53,039 bases of DNA from Nemertoderma westbladi (Eukaryota; Animalia; Xenacoelomorpha). The stretch covers positions 1 through 53,039 of the forward strand of contig JAUCBJ010008301.1 in the NCBI GenBank assembly GCA_032718475.1, written 5' to 3'. The notes below the pieces were generated by a model, which was not told where the DNA came from, ran no database searches, and saw only the letters and a program-made list of their open reading frames with translations. Every line of letters starts with the position of its first letter. Position 1 is the stretch's first letter. The position numbers were made by a program, and so were the translations under genes. This document shows positions 38,133 through 52,236 of the stretch, piece by piece.

Positions 38133-38396
38133 GCAAATTGCCAATTGGGGTGTCGTTTCAGCCTTCCCACAGGGTTAATGTTAAACAAATATAGAAAAAT
38201 TAGAAGTAAAAATTTTACTGTAAACTGTTTTCCTAAATTTAGTTTATTGTTTTGGTTAGAAATGAAATGCCTGCCATTATAACCTGCTACTTTTCTTTAA
38301 CAGGTACCTTGAATGGTGAGTATCGAAATTAAATATTCGCGAAATTAAATTAATATGTTAAAATAGGCTGAAACGACATCCCAATTGGTAATATAC
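38133..38396. mobile_element. Mutator-like MITE
   Basis: 9-bp TSD GCACCGTAA at 38124-38132 and 38397-38405; ~32-bp imperfect TIRs (CCAATTGGGrTGTCGTTTCAGCCT). Confidence 0.8.
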
Positions 38397-38624
38397 GCAC
38401 CGTAAACCATGTAATTGCAACCAACCAAGGCTTAGCTGTCGCCATCTGTCTGGCTGCCAATCCACATAACGATATCAACTATATTGGTGCTTGATGGCTG
38501 TTGTCATGGCGATGTCAAGCTTCAGCGTCCAGATTCATTTTACCCTCGTAGGGCGTAGTGTCACGCACAGTGGGTTTTCACGCTTCGGTATACTACTGTA
38601 TATCACCCAGGTCATTATTATTAA

Positions 38625-39278
38625 GGTTGTAGTGTACACCAACAATATTAAAAAAATTTCGTGTTTTTATAGGGATAGGATAAGACTAAGGTGCCCAAAT
38701 GTCTGTTAGTCTGTCGGTCGGTCTGTCTGAAAAGTGTGTTAAAACTGACAAACCGACAGACAGTGTACAGTAGATTTGGTAAACTCAAAAATGACATAAG
38801 AAATGAAATCACCGACCAATGCAGGAATACCCGTAGATCGGAATTTTTAGGCAGGTGGTGTACTTAATTATTTTTTATAACCAGTTTGAATAATACCTCG
38901 TTTTATAAAAAATATGGCGGGAAGCTTTGAAAACTTTGAATGTATTTCTCTCGAAAAGTATTTTTTTGTGTTTTTTAGACACAAAGGTACAGTTTTCTGA
39001 GAAACTACTGGAATGAAATTTTAAGGAAATGCTGACGACAACGATTGGCCTATGCATGACTAGAGAAATTATTAAGAACACAGTTGTTGAAATTTCGAGT
39101 TTTTAGTAAAAAAAACCGGTACAATTTTTAATTTCTTTTTAGTCTTGCTGATATCCGAATGGTTGCTACAGCTACCTGCAAAATTTCAGGAAATTTTATT
39201 TACGGGTTCTCTCAGAAAGGTACATTTGGTTTATACTGCAGTAAAACATTAGAGAAAACTTTAGGGTACCCTTCAACC
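38625..39278. mobile_element. Kolobok-like non-autonomous DNA transposon
   Basis: TTAA on both sides; 13-bp TIR GGTTGTAGTGTAC vs GGTTGAAGGGTAC (11/13). Confidence 0.65.
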
Positions 39279-40082
39279 TTAATAGTAAATTAAAGGACCG
39301 GCCATTTTATTTCAGTTCAATTTCAGTTTAGTTCAATTGATTGTACACAAGTAACTCTTCTTTATTTGCATAGAACTGTAAAGTCTACAGAAGTAAACTT
39401 CTATGGTGAAGGTACTGCTGTAGGCCTAATGCAATATGTTCGCATATACAGTAAAGTTGAATGAAATTAGTTTACAAGTAGTAAAAGTCTGTGCAATAGT
39501 TGCATTACTATTTTTATTTTCTGAATGATATATAATTCTGCGTTTAAAATAGAATAGATTTTGTACGAAAGTGTAGGCCTACAATAGTTAGTTAGTTTAC
39601 TGTAGTTGCCGATCACAAACATACTGTTCGTGAAAAGAAATTGCGGTACGACCTTTTATCGATGGCGATACACCTAACAGTAGATGCGCTCGGCGAACTC
39701 ATACAACATTAAGAATATACCTAGTTTGTTATGCATTGTGTTTATTCTTGAATATTATAATTTTAGAAATTACGTTCGTTAGTTTATAAATATATTTTTT
39801 TACTGCCACTTTTGACATGTAGGCATCATGGTGAAAATATCTTGGGAGGATATCCAACTTGGGGGCCCAGTTATTATATGTTTTTATGGACTACAGGCAG
39901 TGCCGTCGCTATGGGGAAGGGGACGTACCCCCCCCCCCCCCCCCCCCCACCCCCACCCCCCGGTTCGGTGTCCATGGCGTCGTTTATAGGGGGGTGGTGT
40001 AGTCCCCCCGGACCGCCTGATGGGGACCTCCACGAGGGTCTTAGCAAACGCAATTTTGTATATTGTTTTGGTTCCGGTCCAG

Positions 40083-40367
40083 GTTCCACCTTGGTGCAGT
40101 GGTTGCATTGAATTCCACATCTCCCGTAGGTCGTGGGTTCGATCCTCACATGGCCAGAGCAGAGCAGTTTTCGTTTCGGCACGAATGCTTTAAAGGGACC
40201 AGCCAGGGCGCATCTCTGCCTTGCATCCTTAAGTGGTAGCTGAATGAGTACTGGAGTTTACTTTGGGGAGTTAAGTTCTGGGGGGATCCACTCTGGAAAT
40301 AAGTCGTCAGACTTTGTGCGTAATCTCTGGCTTAGCGGCCGAATAAACTTTACTTTACTTATACTTT
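40083..40367 (+). mobile_element. Apparently full-length tRNA-derived SINE
   Basis: A box TGGTGCAGTGG, B box GGTTCGATCC, central GCCTTGCATCC...TGAGTAC segment, AATAA(ACTTT)n tail; partial second copy at 2069. Confidence 0.8.
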
Positions 40368-40714
40368 GGTTCCCCTAGAAAATAAAGTAAGTGAGTGAGT
40401 GTGTGAATAAGTGAGTAAAGTAAGTGAATACTATACCAGACTGCTTTAGCTACAGTATATCAATAATATATACAGTAGTAGATAACAGTAGTATTCCAAA
40501 TTCCTTCACTTTAAACTGCCAATCATGAGTGTTTGTTTCCGTTAATTTATGGTCCACCATAAATAATTATTCCAATGTTTAGGTTTTCTATTGACTGTCA
40601 GACTCTCAGATTGTGTATCATGTAGGCCTATTACAGTATTACAGTATTACTGAACTAAATTTAATAAGGACATGCCTAAGCCTACTCCAATGTGGCAGTA
40701 AAGACAGGAGGCAT

Positions 40715-41308
40715 ATGATGGAGAGAACTACACCACCTTCTACCATTACAGATGAAAGTTCACCCCGGACGGCAACGGAAGATAAATCCCAACGCCTTCG
40801 TTTCCAAATAGAACTGGAATTCGTACAAACACTCGCCAACCCTCATTACCTCAACTTCCTCGCCCAGAACGGATATCTAAAACAGGAAACCTTCGTGAAT
40901 TATTTGAGGTATTTGTTATACTGGAAGGAGCCCGTGTATTCTGTTTATCTAAAGTTCCCGCAGTGTTTACACTTCTTAGAACTGCTGCAGTACGAAACAT
41001 TCCGACGAGAAATAGCCAACCAGCAGTGCGTAAAGTTTATCGAGGATCAAGTTCTCTTACATTGGCAACATTACACAAAGAAACGAGTCCAACTACAGAA
41101 GTCCATGCAGCAGGCTCGAGACGTAGGTGCCACACTGGCTGCCCGAACCGACTCTACACCCCCGTCTACGGAGTCAGGCGCTCAGGAACCAACGGTTGCT
41201 AGAACACCCGTAGGTCACGGACTAGCGGCTGGGCGTCCCAGTCCGCTCGCCGGGGACACTCAAACTGTTACTAGGCAACAGCCGCCCAACACAAAATCTT
41301 TCTATTAA
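40715..41308 (+). CDS. MED31: Mediator subunit 31 (SOH1 family), single coding exon
   Basis: RFQIELEFVQTLANPHYLNFLAQ...YLLYWKEP.Y..YLKFPQCLHFLELLQ; first ATG at 40715; AATAAA at ~41379 and ~41409. Confidence 0.93.
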   Translation: MMERTTPPSTITDESSPRTATEDKSQRLRFQIELEFVQTLANPHYLNFLAQNGYLKQETFVNYLRYLLYWKEPVYSVYLKFPQCLHFLELLQYETFRREIANQQCVKFIEDQVLLHWQHYTKKRVQLQKSMQQARDVGATLAARTDSTPPSTESGAQEPTVARTPVGHGLAAGRPSPLAGDTQTVTRQQPPNTKSFY

Positions 41309-41799
41309 CAGAACTGCCGTTAATAATTATATCGGTTTTGTTTGAAGCACAAAGTGCGTCTATATTTATCGAATTTGCAATAAATTATGTTATATTTTGT
41401 ATTTTATTAATAAATTAGTTCACAAAACAAGGACACTGTTGTTTTATTGGCAGAATCAAAATTGTCACTTAATGTGAATTAATATTTATTACTGCTAAAT
41501 AGTACTAAATAACGGTGACATTCTAATGTAATATATAGCACATTAATAATTCAACCACTTAAATAGTTTATCGAGATATTTGTAAACAAATTTGGAGTAT
41601 CCTAAATGTCGTATAAAGCTTTACTTTTGATACGCAAAAAAGTATAGCAATTTCCCCAATATCTCGATATTTTTACGGAAACACTGTTTACAATAGCGCA
41701 AGTATCTCACAATTCGTTAGTCTGGTTTGATGCAAAAATAACAAATTACAACCGTTCCGATTATTTAGGTGTTCTCCCCCAGCTATATAGCTAAAACGT

Positions 41800-44700
41800 C
41801 AACTCAGGACCAAACTCCCGGTATGGCAGTTACTCGGGACCAACCTCCCGGTATGGCAGAGACTCGGGACCAACCTCCCGGTATGGCAGAGACTCGGGAC
41901 CAACCTCCTGGTATGGCAGAGACTCGGGACCAACCTCCCGGTATGGCAGAGACTCGGGACCAACCTCCCGGTATGGCAGAGATTCGGGACCAACCTCCCG
42001 CTATGGCAGTGACTCCGGACCAACCTCCCGGTATGGCAAGGACTCGGGACCAACCTCCCGGTATGTCAGAGACTCAGGACCAACCTCCCGCTATGGCAGT
42101 GACTCAGTACCCACCACTGGGTATGGCAGTGAGTCCGGACCAACCTCCCGGTATGGCAATGACTCGGGACCAACCTCCCGGTATGGCAGTGACTCTGGAC
42201 CAACCTCCTGGTATGGCAATGACCCGGGACCAACCTCCCGGTATGGCAGAGACTCGGGACCAACCTCCCTGTATGGCAGAGCCTCAGGATCAATCTCCCG
42301 GTATGGCAGTGACTCCGGACCAACCTCCCGGTGTGGCAATGACTCGGAACCAACCTCCCGGTATGGCAGTGACTCCGGACCAACCTCCCGGTGTGGCAGC
42401 GACTCAGGACCAACCTCCCGGTATGGCAGTGACTCGGGACCAACCTCCTGGTATGGCAATGACTCCGGTCCAACCTCCCGGTATGGCAGTGACTCAGGAC
42501 AAACGTCCCGGATTGACAGTGACTTGGGACCAACCTCCCGGTATGGCAATGACTCCGGACCAACCTCCCGGTATGGCAATGACTCGGAACCAACCTCCCG
42601 GTATGGCAGTGACTCAGGACAAACGTCCCGGATTGACAGTGACTTGGGACCAACCTCCCGGTATGACAATGACTCCGGACCAACCTCCAGGTATGGCAAT
42701 GACTCGGAACCAACCTCCCGGTTTGGCAATGACTCGGAACCAACCTCCCGGTATGGCAGTGACTCAGGACAAACGTCCCGGATTGACAGTGACTTGGGAC
42801 CAACCTCCCGGTATGACAATGACTCCGGACCAACCTCCAGGTATGGCAATGACTCGGAACCAACCTCCCGGTATGGCAATGACTCGGAACCAACCTCCTG
42901 GTATGGCAGTGACTCCGGCCCAACCTCCCGGTATGTAAGTGACTCAGGACAAACCTCCCGGTATGGCAGAGACTCGGGATCAACCTCCCAGTGTTCCAAT
43001 GACAGCGGACCAACCTCCCGGTATGGCAGTGCATCAGGACCAATCTCACGGTATGGCAGTGACTCCGGACCAACCTCCGGGTGTGGCAATGACTCGGAAC
43101 CAATCTCCCGGTATGGCAATGACTCTGGACCAACCTCCCGGTGTGGCAGCCACTCAGGACCAATCTCCCGGTATGGCAGTGTCTCAGGACCAATCTCCTG
43201 GTATGGCAGTGACTCCGGACCAACCTCCCGGTGTGGCAATGACTCGGAACCAACCTCCCGGTATGGCAGTGACTCCGGACCAACCTCCTGGTATGGCAGT
43301 TACTCGGGAGCAACCTCCCGGTATGGCAGCGACTCCGGACCAACCTCCTGGTATGGCAGTTACTCGGGAGCAACCTCCCGGTATGGCAGCGACTCAGGAC
43401 CAACCTCCCGGTATAGCAGTGACTCGGGACCAACCTCCTTGTATGGCAGTTACTCGGGAGCAACCTCCCGGTATGACAATGACTCCGGACCAACCTCCAG
43501 GTATGGCAATGACTCGGAACCAACCTCCCGGTATGGCAATGACTCGGAACCAACCTCCTGGTATGGCAGTGACTCCGGCCCAACCTCCCGGTATGTAAGT
43601 GACTCAGGACAAACCTCCCGGTATGGCAGAGACTCGGGATCAACCTCCAGGTGTTCCGATGACTGCGGACCAACCTCCCGGTATGGCAGTGCATCAGGAC
43701 CAATCTCACGGTATGGCAGTGACTCCGGACCAACCTCCGGGTGTGGCAATGACTCGGAACCAATCTCCCGGTATGGCAATGACTCTGGACCAACCTCCCG
43801 GTGTGGCAGCCACTCAGGACCAATCTCACGGTATGGCAGTGTCTCAGGACCAATCTCCCGGTATGGCAGTGACTCCGGACCAACCTCCCGGTGTGGCAAT
43901 GACTCGGAACCAACCTCCCGGTATGGCAGTGACTCCGGACCAACCTCCCAGTGTGGCAGCGACTCAGGACCAACCTCCCGGTATGGCAGTGACTCAGGAC
44001 CAACTTCCCGGTATGGCAGTTACTCGGGAGCAACCTCCCGGTATGGCAGCGACTCAGGACCAACCTCCCGGTATGGCAGTGACTCGGGACCAACCTCCCG
44101 GTATGGCAGTTACTCGGGAGCAACCTCCCGGTATGGCAGTGACTCCGTAACCAACCTCCCAGTGTGGCAGCGACTCAGGACCGACCTCCCGGTATGGCAG
44201 TGACTTGGGACCAACCTCCTGGTATGGCAGTTACTCGGGAGCAACCTCCCGGTATGGCAGCGACTCAGGACCAACCTCCCGGTATGGCAGTGACTCGGGA
44301 CCAACCTCCCGGTATGGCAGTTACTCGGGACCAACCTCCCAGTATGGCAGTTACTCGGGACCAACCTCCTGGTATGGCAGAGACTCCGGACCAACCTCCC
44401 GGTATGGCAGTGACTCCGGACCAACCTACTGGTATGGCACTGTGACTACAGACCAACCTCCCGGTTTGACAGTGACTCGGAACCAACCTCCCGGTATGGC
44501 AATGACTCAGGACCTACCGCAACCTCCCGGTATGGCAGTGACTCTGGACCAGCCTCCCGGTATGGCAGTGACTCAGGACAAACCTTCCGGTTTGACAGTG
44601 ACTCGGGACCAACCTCCCAGTATGGCAATGGCTCGGGACCCACCCCTGGATATGGCAGTGACTCAGGACCAACCTCCCGGTTTGACAGTGACTCGGAACC

Positions 44701-47700
44701 AACCTCCTGGTATGGCAATGACTCGGGACCAACCTCCCTGTATGGCAATGACTCCGGTCCAACCTCCCGGCATGGCAGTGACTCAGGACAAACCTCCCGG
44801 TTTGACAGTAACTCGGGACCAACCTCCCTGTATGGCAATGACTCGGGACCAACCTCCCGGTATGGCAATGACTCAGGACCCACCACTGGGTATGGCAGTG
44901 AGTCCGGACCAATCTCCTGGTATGGCAATGACTCGGGACCAACCTCCCGGTATGGCAGTGACTCCGGACCAACCTCCCGGTATGGCAATAACCCGGGACC
45001 AACCTCCCGGTATGACAATGACTCGGGACCAAACTCCCAGTATGGCAATGACTCGGGACCAACCTCCCGGTATGGCAGTGACTCCGGACCAACCTTCCGG
45101 TATGGCAGTGACTCCGGACCAACCTCCCGGTATGGCAATGACTCGGGACCAACCTGCCGATATGGCAGTGAGTCCGGACCAACCTCCCGGTATGGCAATG
45201 ACTCGGGACCAACCTCCCAGTATGGCAGTGACTCCGGACCAACCTTCCGGTATGGCAATGACTCGGGACCCACCCCTGGGTATGGCAGTGACTCGGGACC
45301 AACCTCCCGGTATGGCAATGACTCGGGACCAACCTCCCTGTATGGCAATGACTCGGGACCAACCTCCCTGTATGGCAATGACTCGGGACCAACCTCCCCG
45401 TATGGCAATGACTCCGGTCCAACCTCCCAGTATGGCAATGACTCCGGTCCAACCTCCTGGTATGGCAGTGACTCAGGACAAACGTCCCGGATTGACAGTG
45501 ACTTGGGACCAACCTCCCAGTATGGCAATGACTCCGGACCAACCTCCCGGTATGGCAATGACTCGGGACCAACCTCCTGGTATGGCAGTGACTCCGGACC
45601 AACCTCCCGGTGTGGCAATGACTCGGAACCAACCTCCCGGTATGGCAGTGTCTCGGGACCAACCTCCTGGTATGGCAATGACTCCGGTCCAACCTCCCGG
45701 TATGGCAGTGACTCAGGACAAACGTCCCGGATTGACAGTGACTTGGGACCAACCTCCCGGTATGGCAATGACTCCGGACCAACCTCCCGGTATGGCAATG
45801 ACTCGGAACCAACCTCCCTGTATGGCAATGACTCGGAACCAACCTCCCGGTATGGCAGTGACTCAGGACAAAGGTCCCGGATTGACAGTGACTTGGGACC
45901 AACCTCCCGGTATGACAATGACTCCGGACCAACCTCCAGGTATGGCAATGACTCGGAACCAACCTCCCGGTATGGCAATGACTCGGAACCAACCTCCTGG
46001 TATGGCAGTGACTCCGGCCCAACCTCCCGGTATGTAAGTGACTCAGGACAAACCTCCCGGTATGGCAGAGACTCGGGATCAACCTCCCAGTGTTCCAATG
46101 ACAGCGGACCAACCTCCCGGTATGGCAGTGCATCAGGACCAATCTCACGGTATGGCAGTGACTCCGGACCAACCTCCGGGTGTGGCAATGACTCGGAACC
46201 AATCTCCCGGTATGGCAATGACTCTGGACCAACCTCCCGGTGTGGCAGCCACTCAGGACCAATCTCCCGGTATGGCAGTGTCTCAGGACCAATCTCCTGG
46301 TATGGCAGTGACTCCGGACCAACCTCCCGGTGTGGCAATGACTCGGAACCAACCTCCCGGTATGGCAGTGACTCCGGACCAACCTCCTGGTATGGCAGTT
46401 ACTCGGGAGCAACCTCCCGGTATGGCAGCGACTCGGGACCAACCTCCTGGTATGGCAGTTACTCGGGAGCAACCTCCCGGTATGGCAGCGACTCAGGACC
46501 AACCTCCCGGTATAGCAGTGACTCGGGACCAACCTCCTTGTATGGCAGTTACTCGGGAGCAACCTCCCGGTATGACAATGACTCCGGACCAACCTCCAGG
46601 TATGGCAATGACTCGGAACCAACCTCCCGGTATGGCAATGACTCGGAACCAACCTCCTGGTATGGCAGTGACTCCGGCCCAACCTCCCGGTATGTAAGTG
46701 ACTCAGGACAAACCTCCCGGTATGGCAGAGACTCGGGATCAACCTCCAGGTGTTCCGATGACTGCGGACCAACCTCCCGGTATGGCAGTGCATCAGGACC
46801 AATCTCACGGTATGGCAGTGACTCCGGACCAACCTCCGGGTGTGGCAATGACTCGGAACCAATCTCCCGGTATGGCAATGACTCTGGACCAACCTCCCGG
46901 TGTGGCAGCCACTCAGGACCAATCTCACGGTATGGCAGTGTCTCAGGACCAATCTCCCGGTATGGCAGTGACTCCGGACCAACCTCCCGGTGTGGCAATG
47001 ACTCGGAACCAACCTCCCGGTATGGCAGTGACTCCGGACCAACCTCCCAGTGTGGCAGCGACTCAGGACCAACCTCCCGGTATGGCAGTGACTCAGGACC
47101 AACTTCCCGGTATGGCAGTTACTCGGGAGCAACCTCCCGGTATGGCAGCGACTCAGGACCAACCTCCCGGTATGGCAGTGACTCGGGACCAACCTCCCGG
47201 TATGGCAGTTACTCGGGAGCAACCTCCCGGTATGGCAGTGACTCCGTAACCAACCTCCCAGTGTGGCAGCGACTCAGGACCGACCTCCCGGTATGGCAGT
47301 GACTTGGGACCAACCTCCTGGTATGGCAGTTACTCGGGAGCAACCTCCCGGTATGGCAGCGACTCAGGACCAACCTCCCGGTATGGCAGTGACTCGGGAC
47401 CAACCTCCCGGTATGGCAGTTACTCGGGACCAACCTCCCAGTATGGCAGTTACTCGGGACCAACCTCCTGGTATGGCAGAGACTCCGGACCAACCTCCCG
47501 GTATGGCAGTGACTCCGGACCAACCTACTGGTATGGCACTGTGACTACAGACCAACCTCCCGGTTTGACAGTGACTCGGAACCAACCTCCCGGTATGGCA
47601 ATGACTCAGGACCTACCGCAACCTCCCGGTATGGCAGTGACTCTGGACCAGCCTCCCGGTATGGCAGTGACTCAGGACAAACCTTCCGGTTTGACAGTGA

Positions 47701-50700
47701 CTCGGGACCAACCTCCCAGTATGGCAATGGCTCGGGACCCACCCCTGGATATGGCAGTGACTCAGGACCAACCTCCCGGTTTGACAGTGACTCGGAACCA
47801 ACCTCCTGGTATGGCAATGACTCGGGACCAACCTCCCTGTATGGCAATGACTCCGGTCCAACCTCCCGGCATGGCAGTGACTCAGGACAAACCTCCCGGT
47901 TTGACAGTAACTCGGGACCAACCTCCCTGTATGGCAATGACTCGGGACCAACCTCCCGGTATGGCAATGACTCAGGACCCACCACTGGGTATGGCAGTGA
48001 GTCCGGACCAATCTCCTGGTATGGCAATGACTCGGGACCAACCTCCCGGTATGGCAGTGACTCCGGACCAACCTCCCGGTATGGCAATAACCCGGGACCA
48101 ACCTCCCGGTATGACAATGACTCGGGACCAAACTCCCAGTATGGCAATGACTCGGGACCAACCTCCCGGTATGGCAGTGACTCCGGACCAACCTTCCGGT
48201 ATGGCAGTGACTCCGGACCAACCTCCCGGTATGGCAATGACTCGGGACCAACCTGCCGATATGGCAGTGAGTCCGGACCAACCTCCCGGTATGGCAATGA
48301 CTCGGGACCAACCTCCCAGTATGGCAGTGACTCCGGACCAACCTTCCGGTATGGCAATGACTCGGGACCCACCCCTGGGTATGGCAGTGACTCGGGACCA
48401 ACCTCCCGGTATGGCAATGACTCGGGACCAACCTCCCTGTATGGCAATGACTCGGGACCAACCTCCCTGTATGGCAATGACTCGGGACCAACCTCCCCGT
48501 ATGGCAATGACTCCGGTCCAACCTCCCAGTATGGCAATGACTCCGGTCCAACCTCCTGGTATGGCAGTGACTCAGGACAAACGTCCCGGATTGACAGTGA
48601 CTTGGGACCAACCTCCCAGTATGGCAATGACTCCGGACCAACCTCCCGGTATGGCAATGACTCGGGACCAACCTCCTGGTATGGCAGTGACTCCGGACCA
48701 ACCTCCCGGTGTGGCAATGACTCGGAACCAACCTCCCGGTATGGCAGTGTCTCGGGACCAACCTCCTGGTATGGCAATGACTCCGGTCCAACCTCCCGGT
48801 ATGGCAGTGACTCAGGACAAACGTCCCGGATTGACAGTGACTTGGGACCAACCTCCCGGTATGGCAATGACTCCGGACCAACCTCCCGGTATGGCAATGA
48901 CTCGGAACCAACCTCCCTGTATGGCAATGACTCGGAACCAACCTCCCGGTATGGCAGTGACTCAGGACAAAGGTCCCGGATTGACAGTGACTTGGGACCA
49001 ACCTCCCGGTATGACAATGACTCCGGACCAACCTCCAGGTATGGCAATGACTCGGAACCAACCTCCCGGTATGGCAATGACTCGGAACCAACCTCCTGGT
49101 ATGGCAGTGACTCCGGCCCAACCTCCCGGTATGTAAGTGACTCAGGACAAACCTCCCGGTATGGCAGAGACTCGGGATCAACCTCCCAGTGTTCCAATGA
49201 CAGCGGACCAACCTCCCGGTATGGCAGTGCATCAGGACCAATCTCACGGTATGGCAGTGACTCCGGACCAACCTCCGGGTGTGGCAATGACTCGGAACCA
49301 ATCTCCCGGTATGGCAATGACTCTGGACCAACCTCCCGGTGTGGCAGCCACTCAGGACCAATCTCCCGGTATGGCAGTGTCTCAGGACCAATCTCCTGGT
49401 ATGGCAGTGACTCCGGACCAACCTCCCGGTGTGGCAATGACTCGGAACCAACCTCCCGGTATGGCAGTGACTCCGGACCAACCTCCTGGTATGGCAGTTA
49501 CTCGGGAGCAACCTCCCGGTATGGCAGCGACTCGGGACCAACCTCCTGGTATGGCAGTTACTCGGGAGCAACCTCCCGGTATGGCAGCGACTCAGGACCA
49601 ACCTCCCGGTATAGCAGTGACTCGGGACCAACCTCCTTGTATGGCAGTTACTCGGGAGCAACCTCCCGGTATGGCAGTGACTCCGTAACCAACCTCCCAG
49701 TGTGGCAGCGACTCAGGACCAACCTCCCGGTATGGCAGTGACTTGGGACCAACCTCCCGGTATGGCAGTTACTCGGGAGCAACCTCCCGGTATGGCAGCG
49801 ACTCAGGACCAACCTCCCGGTATGGCAGTGACTCGGGACCAACCTCCCGGTATGGCAGTTACTCGGGACCAACCTCCCAGTATGGCAGTTACTCGGGACC
49901 AACCTCCTGGTATGGCAGAGACTCCGGACCAACCTCCCTGTATGGCAGTGACTCCGGACCAACCTACCGGTATGGCACTGTGACTACAGACCAACCTCCC
50001 GGTTTGACAGTGACTCGGAACCAACCTCCCGGTATGGCAATGACTCAGGACCTACCGCAACCTCCCGGTATGGCAATGACTCGGAACCAACCTCCTGGTA
50101 TGGCAGTGACTCCGGCCCAACCTCCCGGTATGTAAGTGACTCAGGACAAACCTCCCGGTATGGCAGAGACTCGGGATCAACCTCCCGGTGTTCCAATGAC
50201 AGCGGACCAACCTCCCGGTATGGCAGTGCATCAGGACCAATCTCACGGTATGGCAGTGACTCCGGACCAACCTCCGGGTGTGGCAATGACTCGGAACCAA
50301 TCTCCTGGTATGGCAATGACTCTGGACCAACCTCCCGGTGTGGCAGCCACTCAGGACCAATCTCCCGGTATGGCAGTGTCTCAGGACCAATCTCCCGGTA
50401 TGGCAGTGACTCCGGACCAACCTCCCGGTGTGGCAATGACTCGGAACCAACCTCCCGGTATGGCAGTGACTCCGGACCAACCTCCTGGTATGGCAGTTAC
50501 TCGGGAGCAACCTCCCGGTATGGCAGCGACTCGGGACCAACCTCCTGGTATGGCAGTTACTCGGGAGCAACCTCCCGGTATGGCAGCGACTCAGGACCAA
50601 CCTCCCGGTATAGCAGTGACTCGGGACCAACCTCCTGGTATGGCAGTTACTCGGGAGCAACCTCCCGGTATGGCAGTGACTCCGTAACCAACCTCCCAGT

Positions 50701-51963
50701 GTGGCAGCGACTCAGGACCAACCTCCCGGTATGGCAGTGACTTGGGACCAACCTCCCGGTATGGCAGTTACTCGGGAGCAACCTCCCGGTATGGCAGCGA
50801 CTCAGGACCAACCTCCCGGTATGGCAGTGACTCGGGACCAACCTCCCAGTATGGCAGTTACTCGGGACCAACCTCCCAGTATGGCAGTTACTCGGGACCA
50901 ACCTCCTGGTATGGCAGAGACTCCGGACCAACCTCCCTGTATGGCAGTGACTCCGGACCAACCTACCGGTATGGCACTGTGACTACAGACCAACCTCCCG
51001 GTTTGACAGTGACTCGGAACCAACCTCCCAGTATGGCAATGACTCAGGACCTACCGCAACCTCCCGGTATGGCAGTGACTCTGGACCAGCCTCCCGGTAT
51101 GGCAGTGACTCAGGACAAACCTTCCGCTTTGACAGTGACTCGGGACCAACCTCCCGGTATGGCAATGGCTCGGGACCCACCCCTGGATATGGCAGTGACT
51201 CAGGACCAACCTCCCGGTTTGACAGTGACTCGGAACCAACCTCCCGGTATGGCAATGACTCGGGACCAACCTCCCTGTATGGCAATGACTCCGGTCCAAC
51301 CTCCTGGTATGGCAATAACCCGGGACCAACCTCCCGGTATGACAATGACTTGGGACCAAACTCCCAGTATGGCAATGAGTCGGGACCAACCTCCCGGTAT
51401 GGCAGTGACTCCGGACCAACCTTCCGGTATGGCAGTGACTCCGGACCAACCTCCCAGTATGGCAATGACTCGGGACCAACCTCCCGGTATGGCAGTGACT
51501 CCGGACCAACCTTCCGGTATGGCAGTGACTCCGGACCAACCTCCCGGTATGGCAATGACTTGGACCAACCTCCCAGTATGGCAATGACTCGGGACCAACC
51601 TCCCAGTATGGCAGTGGCTCCGGACCAACCTTCCGGTATGGCAATGACTCGGGACCCACCCCTGGGTATGGCAGTGACTCGGGACCAACCTCCCGGTATG
51701 GCAATGACTCGGGACCAACCTCCCTGTATGGCAATGACTCGGGACCAACCTCCATGTATGGCAATGACTCGGGACCAACCTCCCCATATGGCAATGACTC
51801 CGGTCCAACCTCCCAGTATGGCAATGACTCCGGTCCAACCTCCCGGTATGGCAGTGACTCAGGACAAACGTCCCGGATTGACAGTGACTTGGGACCAACC
51901 TCCCAGTATGGCAATGACTCAGGACCAACCTCCCGGTATGGCAATGACTCGGGACCAACCTCC
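41800..51963. repeat. 30-bp satellite (~340 monomers; consensus GACTCGGGACCAACCTCCCGGTATGGCAGT) with higher-order repeats
   Basis: Periodicity seen directly; diagnostic variants recur at offsets 3099 (42939/46038/49137), 660 and 999. Confidence 0.97.
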
Positions 51964-52236
51964 TAGTCATGGGTACACATACTGTAGTAGTGCTGTATAA
52001 ATCTAGCTACAGTGCTATCATTCATTATATTCATGATAAACTGAGTTTTATTTACAAATTTCGGGTCTGGGGTATTCCGCAAAAAATGCCGCTTACGGTA
52101 CCGGTAACCTGGTAACGGAATGCTAACAGCTGAAACATTGATTTGAAGATACCTTGGAATTTGAAGGTCCTACATGGCTACCTTGAAATTTATCTCGAAC
52201 CTTGACTTCAACACAAGTCAAGATTTTTTGTGTTAC

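Noticed and set aside
41769-52000. Long repetitive ORFs in several frames, or a CRISPR-like array
   Set aside because: The monomer lacks stops in several frames on both strands, in-frame TAA and frameshifts recur, and there are no unique spacers or cas genes; not called as CDS or CRISPR.
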